From positions 1 to 64,000 of the forward strand of contig NIVC01003859.1 of assembly GCA_002269645.1 (NCBI GenBank): a stretch of DNA of 64,000 nt, written 5' to 3'. Source of the stretch: Macrostomum lignano (lineage: Eukaryota). Below the pieces are notes generated by a model. It was not told where the DNA came from, searched no databases, and saw only the letters and a program-made list of their open reading frames with translations. The translations under genes were made by a program, and so were the position numbers. Below are positions 1 through 11,356 of the stretch, piece by piece; the first letter of the stretch is position 1, and each line of letters starts with the position of its first letter.

Positions 1-259
1 TCAAACCCTACCCTTGGGGAAATCTGTTTGACGAGGGTGCTAATTGAGGCGTGCCGCATCCGTACAGCGCGAACCCGATTTTTGGTAAGCTTAATTTCAT
101 ATAAATCGTATATAAATTACATATAATCTGTCTACATTGAATATTTTTTACTTTGACAGATGTTTCGAGAGCGCTGATGAGGAGGAGACTGCCCTGGCTG
201 AAGATCGAGCTCGAGTTTGACTGATAAGGGAATTTCTCTTTGTACTCTATTACTCTCTG

Positions 260-760
260 CCTGCACTGTACTTGGGCCTCGCAACACACTGGGGGATCCC
301 TCAACTTGGAGAGCTACCCTCTGGGGATCCACTAAAACCCTCATTTGGGGTGGGAGCTGCGGTAAAGTTTGACTGGAATTCTCTTTGTATGCGGTCTGTT
401 ACTCTACCTCCACTGTACATTGGGGCGGGATCCTTCCTCATTTAACACCCCGGAGCGCACTGTGCATTGGGGGGCGGATTCCTTCATCATTTGACACCAG
501 GGAGCGCACTGTACTTGGGATCCCTTGAAAAAACCTTATTTGGGACTTGGGGAGAAATTTCTCTATGTTACTCCTCTCTGACCGCACTGTACTGAGGATC
601 CCCTCTCGAAACATTGGCCCCTCGTACCCTATTTGGAAGCTATGGGTTGCAGACTAGGAACGCTCCTACCTGAACTGTACTTGGGATCCCCCGGCCCTGG
701 GGAGGAATTTCTCTATGTTACTCCGCCCGCACTGTACATTGGGATCCCCCGGCCCTGACT
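260..760. repeat. Degenerate dispersed repeat, core GCACTGTAC(A/T)TTGGG...GATCC, about 7 copies
   Basis: Core visible near 262, 411, 457, 506, 584, 673 and 729. The flanking block 'aatttctctatgttactcc' also recurs (~557, ~707). Confidence 0.7.
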
Positions 761-799
761 CTGGGGGCGTGTCTCTTTACTAGGAAGCCTGATATTTTA

Positions 800-1270
800 C
801 TTTGCACCTACATTATATGCTTAATTTTGCATACATATGTTGTATTATACTCAATTTGCAGTGTGTGTATTTTATCCTATGCACTGAAATTTGTACCTGC
901 GGGTTATTATGCAAAAATGTATCGTTTAAAATGCGCCTACATTATATGCTATGTAATTTTCTTGTATTATACTCAATTTGCACCTACATTGTGTGTATGT
1001 ATGCACCTGCATTATACTAGCATCTACAAGCGCCTACTACACTAATGAGTAGGTTCTGTGTATTATACCTACTATTTTGTCTATTTCACCTACTTTTCTG
1101 CCAAAATATCGATAAAATGCACCTACATTGTGTGTTTTTTGCTGCTCATATGCTCCAATATGTACATTTTAATATGCATTATGCGTCATTATTCACACCT
1201 ACCAATATGTTTTATCTACTTTTTTATGCAAATATACGCAATTTCACCTACTATAAGTAGTTTTCACTAG
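800..1270. repeat. AT-rich degenerate repeat region (CACCTAC / TGTATTATAC motifs)
   Basis: Multiple 'gcacctacatt', 'tgtattatactcaatttgca' and 'tttcacctac' copies; the overlapping ORFs are low-complexity. Confidence 0.6.
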
Positions 1271-1282
1271 CCTAATATCGCT

Positions 1283-1521
1283 GACTACATATCGGGAGAG
1301 TGTACTGGGGAGAGTGTACACTCGGGGTGCCTGCGACTTGGGAGAGTGTACACTCGGGTGCCTGCGACTTGGGAGAGTGTACACTCGGGGTGCCGGCGGC
1401 ATGGGCGTCTGCGGCATGGGCGCCTGCTGCTCTGGAGGGTGGGTATACATATCGGGAGGGTGTACATATCGGGTACATATCGGGGTACATATCGGGAGGG
1501 TGGTCATACATATCGGGAGGG
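1283..1521. repeat. Minisatellites: ~31-bp GGGAGAGTGTACACTCGGGTGCCTGCGACTT (x~3) and ACATATCGGG units (x~6)
   Basis: Tandem copies read directly at ~1307-1392, plus ACATATCGGG at 1287 and 1447-1518. Confidence 0.85.
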
Positions 1522-1655
1522 TGCGCCTGCGGCTGGTCGGCGCTTGGCGCCACGCGCCTGCGGCGCGCGCGCGCCGAGCGCCAGCCAATGAGAGGCGGGG
1601 AGGGTTGACACCCACCCCACCTCCAAAAAGGGCGGATAAATGGGTCCTTAGTAGT

Positions 1656-2360
1656 AAAGTGATTGGAAATCGATCAGAGTAGTGATTTTTTAATATTTTG
1701 CTTGAAATCAGGCAAAAAACGCAATAGGACGGCAATATTTTAATGACGTCTGATTTCCCACATAACGAGGCACATTTGTGTCCAATTTCTAGAGATTCGG
1801 TTCATTGGGTAAAAAATTATCGATAAAAAACTGAAAACTTGACTTTTTACTTTTATGTTAGTTCCGGGGCTATTTAAACTGGAAATGGTAGGAATTTTGC
1901 ACTGAAATCAATGCACAGTGTTCCATATAGTTAATTTAACAAATTTCTTGAATTTCATAACCATTCGATGTTTTTTTCATGTAAAAAATGCCTTTTTTGC
2001 ATCGAAATTCATCACATTAAGCTGCATACCGCTTTGCATAATCTGCATTTGCATGCGATTGCTTGCATAGCTTTGGCGTTAGGCTAAGTTAAGCTGGTTA
2101 GAAAGGAAAGGAAAGGAAAGGAAAGGAAGGAATATTCGTACATACAATGTACACACCCGTCCCTTCCAAGTGGGGTTGTGGCAACGCGAGAGGGCTTGGC
2201 GGCTTGGTTTGGAGGGCGTGTAATAGAGCTTCATTTGACTCGCGCACAGACCAAGGCAAATTAGATCGATAAACGGGCGTCACGTGATTTGACGCCTGAT
2301 TTGCCTGATTTCAAGCAAAATATTAAAAAATCACTACTCTGATCGATTTCCAATCACTTT
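1656..2360. mobile_element. MITE-like element with 61-bp perfect inverted repeats
   Basis: 1656-1716 (aaagtgattggaaatcgatcag...atcaggcaaa) is the exact reverse complement of 2300-2360. The interior is non-coding and contains a (GGAAA)n run at ~2099-2130. No clean TSD found. Confidence 0.7.
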
Positions 2361-3648
2361 TGACACATGAGCACTTGTTGCAGACACTCAAAAACTTGGT
2401 CGATTTTAGCCAGACATTAGTACAACTCGTTGCAGTATCCGCATTTGATCTACCATTCTTTAAAAAATTTAATCACCCATTTTTCTGGCACCCAATCAGC
2501 CAAAAATCACAAATTATCGATTTCTGATCGATTTTTCAACCCGAAAGCAGCCAAATCAGACGGCGGAAATCCAAACCAATATAGTACAGCAACTATGCTA
2601 TAGAAATTCGAAATCGGATTATTCGCACCATGTTCTCAAAATTATAATGAGCAATAATACGAAAGTCATGTGATTTTTTGAAAAATCGATCTTTATCGAT
2701 TTTCTCAGCACTGCAGAATCGTAGGAAAACAAAACTTTAGACACTTGTAGATTTTTGCATTGCGCATCTAACTGCACTGCTTTGAAGCCCAAACTCAAAA
2801 ACCTTTGTAGGAAAAAGTGGCAAAATAATAAAATGAGGGTGACTTTTTTACCCAAAAAACTCACCAAAACTGAATAAATATGTCGAAATAAATTAAAGCG
2901 CCATATACTATTTTGTAGGAAATTTAGTTTTACAACTTTGATCTTCAGATGTCGAAGCCGTATCTCGTAAGGTGTACCAGAATTTTGAGATCTCCTAGAA
3001 GCACTTTTGAAAAAATCGTCTTTCCCCTTAATTTACGGCTTAGTAATAAAATCTCTGCACTTAAAAGTATATTCATTCGATAGATCTAAAAGTTTTCTAT
3101 CGATCGATACCTCACTCAACTCAATCCGTGCAGTGGTTGCAAAACAGGAGCATTTTTTGGCGAAAAAACGTGAAATTTCAAAATGCATTAGAGTCTAACT
3201 TATTTACTCGTAAATACTTTCTAGCCTTCGGCGGCGCCGGGCTCGGCTCGTTCACTGGTGGAACTAGGTTTATTAAGTAGTATGAAGACCCACGTCTAAA
3301 AAGAAGCCCGTTCACTGGTGGCAAAAAGACGTGTGCGTCTTCATACTACTTGTGTATTTACGCAAAAATTTGGCCTCCAGCCCAATTTCCACAAAAGCCA
3401 AATGTAATGTCCTTCTACTCTAGTTGTCCATGAATAAATGTTGGCAATGTCCTAGTTTCCCGCGTTAAATTAGGATCTGTATAAAAGCAGGGCACCATTG
3501 GCACATTGGACACCCCTTATGTTAACAAAAATCGAGTTTTGATCGTTGTTTTGCTTGAATAAATATACTTTGGCTTTCGAATGAAAATGTAAATATTTAT
3601 TTATAATTGCACTTTTTCATATACTTCTAACAACCATGAGATTGGTAG

Positions 3649-4040
3649 TGTAGCGACTTTGAAATGAAAAAGGTAGAGCTAGGCGGTGGTTCGCCCTTGC
3701 TTGCTTCTTTGTTTGGCACTTGAGTTGCTCGAATATCAAAGAGGCTTGGAGCAGATGCTGGTTTAGCTACTGTATATTTATACTATAATTTGTCCTTCCG
3801 GAAATTTCTAGAATCATTCTAGTGCGGTAAAACAAACTGTATAGTAAGTATCGTACGCACGGTATTCATATTTTGTATGATGATGAATTACAGTAAATGA
3901 ATATTTATTGAGTAGAAATATTTACTACGAGATTAGAAATAGATAGATAAAGAATTTTCAAGAATTTAACTCGTACTGTATAGCAGAAATTTCTGGAAGT
4001 AAACATCATACGTTATAGAACTTTCGCGAAGGTCACTACA
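3649..4040 (-). repeat. 3' LTR of the Gypsy element (~392 bp)
   Basis: Short terminal IR tgtagcgac / gtcactaca; AATAAA on - strand near 3905; PPT-like tract adjacent. Confidence 0.75.
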
Positions 4041-4469
4041 ACAGTCCCCCGCGGAAGATGGAGTCCCTATGAGTCAGTTGATCGCGGATGAGTATGTACA
4101 AGATGAAACGCACTGCATGTAGGTCTGCGGATGAAAATTGTACAATGAGAAAGCGTCAGCTGTTAGTGGGTAAAGAGTTAGTCAAAAGTAGAAATAGTCA
4201 TTTTTAGGTTTAAACAAGCTGTTGAAACCCGCGGATTTTGAACCCGGGGAATTCCAATCCCCGGAACTACTTTTGCATGTATTCTGAAATCTAAGGCCAT
4301 ACACAAACAAAAACTTGTTAATAGTTAGTAGGATAGAGGTAGACATAAAATGGAGCACATTCGTGTAAAATTAGGATTTGAGGCAAACATTGATATTGTT
4401 GTCTGGGGTACTGCGCAGAATGTCAGGCAATGTCTGTCTGACTCTAAAACATGTATGGGCAAACTCTGG

Positions 4470-5112
4470 CCTCTCCCTGCCTCTCCCTACGTCCCTTGGA
4501 TCCTTTAAAATTTCTATCGTCTCTTCTGTTTCCTCTCTTCTCTCTCGTCCCTCGTCTCTCCTCTCTCATCTCTCCCCTCTTCTCTCGTATCTTTCCTCAT
4601 CTCTCTTCTCTTTCATCTCTCTTCTCTTTCATCTCTCTTATCTCATCTCATGTCTCTTCTTTTCTCTCTCCTCTCCTCTCTCCTCTCTACTTTTTCGTTT
4701 TCTCTCTCCTCTCCTCTCTCCTCTCTACTCTTTCGTTTTCTCTCTCCTCTCCTCTCTCCTCTCCCATCTTTTCTCGTATCTTCCCTCATCTCTCTTTTCT
4801 TTCATTTCTCTTATCTCATCTCTTCCCTCTTCTTTTCTCTCTCCTCTCCTCTCTCCTCTCCCCCCTCTTCTCTCGTCTCTTCCTTCTCCTCTCTATTCTT
4901 TTCTCTCTTCTCTTAACTGTCTCCTCTACTCTCTCATCTCTCCTCTCTACTCGTTCCTCTCTCTCTCTCCTCTCATCTCTTCTTTCCTCTCTCCTCTCTC
5001 CCCTCTTCTCTCGTCTCTTCCCTCACCTCTTTTTTCTCTCTCGCCTTTGGTCTTTCATCTTTCCTTTCTTTTCTTTTATCTTTTCTCTCTTATCTCTTCT
5101 CATTTCTCTCTG

Positions 5113-5205
<93 letters not shown>

Positions 5206-5980
5206 TATCTCTCCTCCTCTCTCTACTCTCTCCCCTCTCCATTCTCCTCTTTCCTCTCCTCTCTCCTCACTCACTTCTCTACATTTGTCTCTCTTCTCTC
5301 CTCTCGTCTCCGTAATCTCTTATCTCTTCTCTGTTCTCTCTACTCTCCCATCTTTCATCTGTTCACTCTCGTCTCTGCTCTCTCATCCCCCTCTTTAATC
5401 TGGCATCTCAGTCTTATATGTTCTCTCACCTCTCTCCTCTGTACTCTTTTCTTTCCCCTCTTTTGACTCCTCACTTTCCTTTCTCCTTACTTTTTTCTCT
5501 TCTCTTCCCTTTTCTATACTCTCTCTCCCTTTCTTCTCTCTCTCGAGTCTCCTCTCTCCTTTATCTCTCATCTCTCATTTCTCATCTCTCCTTCCACCTC
5601 TCTCATCTCTACAACCTTGGAGATGTAGAGATGTATCTTTATCTCTTCTCTCTTCCCCAGTGGTGGGAGTGAGGAGTGCCCATTTTTTTCGCGCCTACGA
5701 TTTTTTTTCGCGCCGCAAGCTTTTTTGTGTCAATCTTTTGTGTCAACTCTCTGCTCTCCTCTCTGCTGTCTCCTCTCATCTGCAGCTCTCTGCTCTCATC
5801 TCTACTCTCTCCTCTCGCTTTTCCTCTCTCCCCTCTTCTCCCCCTCTCTCTCATCGTCCTCACCCCCTCATCTCTCCTATTATCTTTTATATTTTCTTTT
5901 ATCCCCTCTTTCGCTTCTCCTCTCTTCGAATCGTCTATTCCTTCTTTCCACTCTCATCTGCCCCTCAGCCATAAGCTGGA
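4470..5980. repeat. ~1.5-kb polypyrimidine (C/T) tract including a perfect (CT)39 at 5116-5193
   Basis: Almost exclusively C/T on + strand, with recurring cryptic units such as tctcgtatctt(t/c)cctcatctct. Confidence 0.95.
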
Positions 5981-6839
5981 TTCTTTATCTGGCCACTGAC
6001 ATGGTTGTTCTCATGCTTTGATCACGTCATATTTCTTGCCAATTCGCAGCCCTGAAAGGAATTTGTGTATCTTCAGCTCTACTGCAGTTTGCATCAGTCT
6101 AACAACCAAGGAAATACGCATTTCTTAGGAGGCCATTTAAATTTTAAAGTACTTTTAAGAGAAACTTAAAATGTCCATGGTGTGCCTAATTTATTAGGGT
6201 TGTATTTCATTGCATCGCATCGCCTTTTCATAAATCTTTCGCTTTTACAAACCATGCTGGATTCCCTCGATTTGCCAATTGCCATCCACTGTTAAACTGC
6301 TGCAGAGTTTGCCAATACAGAGAGGAGGGCAGTGGTTAGAATTTCTCACTAAACTGTTATGGCTAAACGTAGCCTCTCCACTCTTGGGGTGCGAGAAGGC
6401 TATAAAAAAGTTATTCCAAAACACTGTACATTTGCTATGTACATTCAGTCCTATCGCCTGACCCTTCGTCTGGCTCTGGGGAATGAGTGAGTGAGTGGCA
6501 CAAACAACAGAAAAAGCAGACAAACTTCACATGCTTACAGTTTCTTTTTCGGTTGAGTTACAGAGTTGAAACTTTACATTTAGATAGAGAATGAGTCAAT
6601 GAAGAATTGTGTCAAGTTGGGAGTCAATCGCTTTACGTGGAGCAAACTTATAGCAGCTGAAAGTTAGCCAATTTTGAAACCCTTTTACACATCTGGGCCC
6701 AGATCGGGATCGGGAAAGAGAGGCAGGCGGGCGGAGGTTGGGGTGGTTGCTACGCTGAAAAAAACAGCCTAACTTTAAAAGTGCACAGCACCGCTCAGGA
6801 TTGACTTTGAGACTCGAAATTTTACAAAATTGTGCCAAA

Positions 6840-7128
6840 ATAGTTAAAGATTATCTGTGTCAAATTTGAAGAGAATCGGTAGAAGTGGAGCGGCGCTATG
6901 GAGGATTAAGTGAAAAAATCGCGCATTTTGAGCAGTTTTTTGTACTTTTAGGTAGGAAGACTCAAATTTAGGAAATTAAAAGGTAGCCTAAGACATTCTC
7001 CGTAGTAAGTTTAGGGTGGGTGTAAAGTTTGGTGTAATTTGGTTGAGCGGTTTGGGAGTCCATAGCGATCAAAATTGTCCACACACAGACAGACAGACAG
7101 ACAGAGTTTTGATTTTTATAGGTAGAGA
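6840..7128 (-). mobile_element. 5' end of a non-autonomous Helitron-like element
   Basis: - strand reads A|TCTCTACCTATAAAAATCAAAACT(CTGT)nGTGTG...CAAACCGCTCAACCAAATTACACCAAACTTT. This is the TC start after A plus (CTGT)n architecture typical of invertebrate non-autonomous Helitrons. It cuts the Gypsy pol tail (..TRSGRRVQ). 3' CTRR end not located. Confidence 0.6.
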
Positions 7129-7130
7129 TT

Positions 7131-10100
7131 GCACTCTACGGCCGCTCCTGGTACGTACTGGTGATGGTGGTGGTTGCTGCTGATGAATCGCGGTTCGCGT
7201 CCTGGTTCGCTCCGGCTCTGTCTGCTGCGAACCTGCCTCCGTCGGTGCTGTCGTGCTACGGTCGCTAATGTCGTCTTCCCTGGTGCCCGACTGAGATGTT
7301 GATTCCTGTGGCACCGTCGACTCGCTGTTGGGAGGGTCGGCTGTCGGAGATGCTCGTCGTCTGTCAGGTGCAGACTGCGGTGTTGATCGACAAGGCTTCA
7401 GGCGGTCGATGGAGTCTCCTGACGTCTCCTGACTCCTGACGTCCTGCGGCTGTTTCGATGATGAAAAACTTCGGCAGTCGCTTCACTACCGGGTAGGGAC
7501 CTTGGTACGGTGCTTCCAAAGGCTTCATTGTTCGGTCGACTCGGACCCAAACCTTCTCGGCTGTCTCGAGGTCGCTCGGGATGTGCTTAGGCCGATCTGG
7601 TGGAGGTCTCGTGTCGTCAAGCAGGTTATCCAGGCGCAGTCGAATCATCTCGGGTGTTGGATCCTCGGCTGTCGTCAGGACGCGCGGCATCATCGGGTGT
7701 TCTCCGGTCAGACGAGTGAATGGGCTTATGCCGTCGTCGTTTGGTGAGATGCGCATCGCAAGTAGCGCTAGAGGAAGATTCTCCAGCCAGGAGTTCCGCG
7801 AGCCTTTAGAATGGCTTTCAGGGTGCGGTGGGCCCGCTCCACTTTCCCGTTCGTCTGCGGGTGATACGCTGTTGTGCGCAGTCGGTGAAATCCGATGTCC
7901 TTAGCGACTCGGTTGAAAAACTCGGCTTCGAACTGCGGTCCTCGGTCGGTGACGATGTACAGCGGAACTCCAAAACGCGAAATCCGGGTAGATATGAATG
8001 CTGAGGCTACACTCTCTGCGGTGACGGATTCCAGCGGCGTGGCCTCGATCCAGCTGGTGCTACGGTCGACCATCGTGAGTAGGTAACGAGGAGTGAGACC
8101 GCAGGAGATGTCGTACTTCCGGTCGGGTACAGGCAGCGGACCGACGATGTCGATGTGCACAACTTCGAGTCGTTTCGATGGTAGGTCGAACGCAGAACTG
8201 CCGGCTGTCGTGTGGCGCCCAATCTTAGTTCGTTGGCAGGTTGCGCACGCTCGACAGAACTGTTTGATGGCATCTCGCATGTTCGGCCAGAAGTATCGGG
8301 TTGTTAGCAGGCTGGCGGTCTTGCGGACGCCGTAGTGGCCAAGCTGGTGGAACTGCCGAATGAGCGGCTGTTGTAGCGAATCTGGGACGACTGGACGAGG
8401 ATAGTGACTGGAGGTATCGCACAACAATGTCTGCTTTCCGTCGAACTCATAGAATCGGCAGTTGTTGCTTGGTTGCATCCCGATTCGTTTCTGCTCTGCG
8501 GCAATGGCTGGCAAGTCGACGGGTTCCTCTAGGGATGTCTCCTCTGCGGCTGCAACCGTTTGCGTCGGCGAACCTCCGGACTCGGATAACCTTGATAGGG
8601 CGTCGGCGACTATATTGTCAGAGCCGCGGATATAGACCACATCGGTGACGTATTCGGATATGATGCTCAGATAACGCTGGTTCCTGTCGGAGGTACCCTG
8701 GCTGCCGCTGTGGAAGGCCTGAACAAGGGGCTTGTGATCCGTAAAGATCGTGACCTGACGGCCCTCGATAAGGCTCCGGAAGTGAAGAACTGCCAGGTAG
8801 ACTGCTAGGAGTTCTCGATCGAAAGCAGAGTAGGCTCGCTGCGTCGGCAAAAGGGTCTTGCTGAACAGCCCGAGCGGGACTGGCGACTGACCGTCGGCTT
8901 GGTGTAGAGCGGCTCCCACGCAGGTTGCCGAGGCATCGGTGACCAGGCTGTAGGACGAACACTGCGGGTCGGGATGGTGAAGCAATTGATACGATCGGCT
9001 AGCTTACCCTTCAGCTGATTGAACGCGTCCTCGTGCTGCGATGTCCACTCGTACGTGCGCGGCGCCTTGAGTGACTTGGTGACCAGGTCTTGCAGCGGTG
9101 CAGCGGTGTGGCTGAAATGCGGGATGAAGCGGCGGTAGAACCCGATTGTGCCGAGGAACCTGCGCAGGGCCTGTGCGTTGCGAGGTGCCGGCCACTCACG
9201 GATGGCGTCAACCTTGGATTCGAGCGGCCGGATCCCGTCTGCTGTTACCTGGTGTCCAAGAAACGTGATTTCCTTCTGCATGAAAGCACACTTGGTGAGC
9301 TGGACCTTCAAACCGTGTTGTTCAAGGCGTCGGAGTACGCTTTCGAGCACTCGGAGGTGGTCTTCCTCGTCCTTGGAGTAGACTAGCAAGTCGTCCACGT
9401 AGGCGAGCACGCCGTCGATGCCACGGAGCACAGTGTCAATGAATCGCTGAAACGTTTGACCTGCATTACGAAGACCAAATGGCATGCGGATCCACTCGTA
9501 AAGACCGAACGGTGTGATGATTGCTGTCTTCGGTATGTCCTCTTCGGCGATTGGAATTTGATGATAGGCTCGCACCAGATCCAGCTTGGAGAAAACCTTG
9601 GCACCGTGGAGATACCGTGTGAAACACTGGATATGAGGCACGGGATAATGATCCGGCTGGGTGATCTTGTTTAGCTGTCGATAGTCTCCGCAGGGTCGCC
9701 ACTTACCATTGGGTTTGCCGTCGTCCTTCTTAGGAGCCATGTGCAGCGGTGATGCCCAAGAGCTCGACGACGGCCGGAGGTACCCGGCTTCCAAGAGTTG
9801 CCGAAACTCTTCTCGGGCGATGGCGAGCTTCTCCGGATGCAGCTGTCGGGCTTTGGCGTGCGTCGGTGGTCTATCGCTCGTGATGATGTGGTGCTTCGTG
9901 TCATGTTTAACTTCGGTGGCCGGAGGTAGCCTCCCTCCTTCGACGCACGTGAAGGTGCTGCGGTAACGATCGATGAGTGCGCGTACACGAGGATCGCAGT
10001 GGTCTGGATACGCCAGCGACACGGCGAGTTCATCGAGGTCCACTGCGGTAACCGGCAGAGATGGCGTATGTAGTCTCGTTGTAGGGTCAACTAGTCGACG

Positions 10101-10433
10101 CCCCTTGCAGTCGACGATCAATTCGAAATGACTGAGGAAGTCGTACCCCAGGATAGGTTGTACGACGGATGCGACCAGGAACGTCCAGCGGAATTCACGA
10201 CGGAGTCCTCGGATGTTGACGTCGAGCGAGATCTCTCCAGCGACCGGTATCGATGCACCGGTGGCGGTGGTCAGGCGAAATCCGGTCTCCTGAAGGTCCC
10301 GGTGGAATTGCTTCTGCGGAATTATCGACACTGCTGCGCCGGTATCGACCAGGAACGGGTAGTACTTGCTGTCTATCTTGATATCCACCACCAGGAATTT
10401 CTTGCTCGCCGCCGGGGATGATGCACTGCTCAC
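7131..10433 (-). pseudogene. pol: Gypsy pol (protease, RT, RNase H, integrase) broken by at least 3 frameshifts
   Basis: FLVDTGA (PR); WRPCGDYR and YVDDLL (RT); TDAS and FTDHKPL (RH); HxxGH...CxxC, DIVGP, TDRGPQF and NGKVER (INT). Pieces in ORFs 8805-10433, 7768-8985, 7364-7756 and 7069-7314. Confidence 0.92.
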
Positions 10434-10456
10434 TGCGGCAAGTTGGGCAGTGCCCT

Positions 10457-11356
10457 CTAGTTTGACGGCTGACGTGTCGGAGAGGCTGACCTGGACTGTG
10501 CAGGTGTCTTTTCGTGAGTACTCAGAATTCGCGGCCGCCTACCACCCAAGGCGGACGGGAAACGACACCACGGTCGGCAGGTAAGCGCGCGTTCACCGTA
10601 GTAGATGTGGGCCCGGCAGACGACCGGACGCTGTCCTGGCTTGAACGGGGTGACGCTTGTCTGTGGCTGCAGTTGTCGGCGTGGCAGTTCGTCCCGTCTG
10701 GAGTTGATGGTCGGCGGTGGCGTCGGCTGTACAGCGCTGACTGAGCTCGCCGAGCTCTGGTAGCTGACCATGAAATCAGCGATTTCAGCGAGCTTCTCTG
10801 GCGATTCCTGCTGGAAGCCTGATAGTGCGACTCGTAGCTCACTGGGCAGGCAGCGGATGAGAGTCGCCTTGAGCATGTCGGAGCAGGAGCCCATGCCGCA
10901 CTGAGCCATCTTGGCGCTGAGCTTCTTGACGAAGATTGAAGGCTTGTCGCCACCTAGATCGGACGTGGCCAGGATCTCGTTGATCTTCTCCTGCTGACTC
11001 TTCTGCAGAAGGTTGGAGATGGCGGCTTCAAGCGGCTCGTACTGTCGAGGCGTTGATGTCGTGATCAGCATCGACGAGATATCCTCCGGCAGGTGCGCAA
11101 CCAAGTAGTGGTACTTGGTCTCGTCCGAAGTTATGCGCGCTAGGTGGAATTGCGACTCTAGGGTCCGGAACCAAGCTTCCGAATTGTTCCGGTACAGCGG
11201 CGGAACCTTAACGGACACGGCGGACACGCTTGGCTCAAGTATCGGTGGTGTATGTTGAACAGGTAGCTGCCCAGTGGGGTTGAGCACCGGGGCCTGGTTG
11301 TTGTCGGCGGCTGCTGCGGCCTGCTGCGATAGCTGCGGATCGCTTTCGTCGGCCAT
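10457..11356 (-). CDS. gag: Gypsy gag (299 aa)
   Basis: [19 protein letters not shown]...[11 protein letters not shown]-terminal motif and CxxH-x8-CxPxC-type knuckle; directly upstream of pol in a different frame. Confidence 0.85.
   Translation of the reverse strand: MADESDPQLSQQAAAAADNNQAPVLNPTGQLPVQHTPPILEPSVSAVSVKVPPLYRNNSEAWFRTLESQFHLARITSDETKYHYLVAHLPEDISSMLITTSTPRQYEPLEAAISNLLQKSQQEKINEILATSDLGGDKPSIFVKKLSAKMAQCGMGSCSDMLKATLIRCLPSELRVALSGFQQESPEKLAEIADFMVSYQSSASSVSAVQPTPPPTINSRRDELPRRQLQPQTSVTPFKPGQRPVVCRAHIYYGERALTCRPWCRFPSALGGRRPRILSTHEKTPAQSRSASPTRQPSN

Noticed and set aside
1649-1656. AGTAGT as a second Polinton terminus
   Set aside because: No matching TIR, TSD or Polinton genes nearby; the adjacent sequence is explained by the 61-bp IR element.
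802-1735. Cluster of short ORFs
   Set aside because: All lie in low-complexity or tandem repeats and show no motifs.
3220-3250. CTAG plus GC hairpin as the 3' end of the Helitron starting at 7128
   Set aside because: It lies outside the Gypsy TSD (left of 3649), so it cannot belong to an insertion nested within that element.
3481-3535. Inverted similarity to ~13985-14035
   Set aside because: Short and diverged; most simply two dispersed copies of a repeat family.
4378-6021. Long Leu/Ser-rich ORFs (362 aa, 315 aa etc.)
   Set aside because: Artefacts of a stop-free C/T tract.
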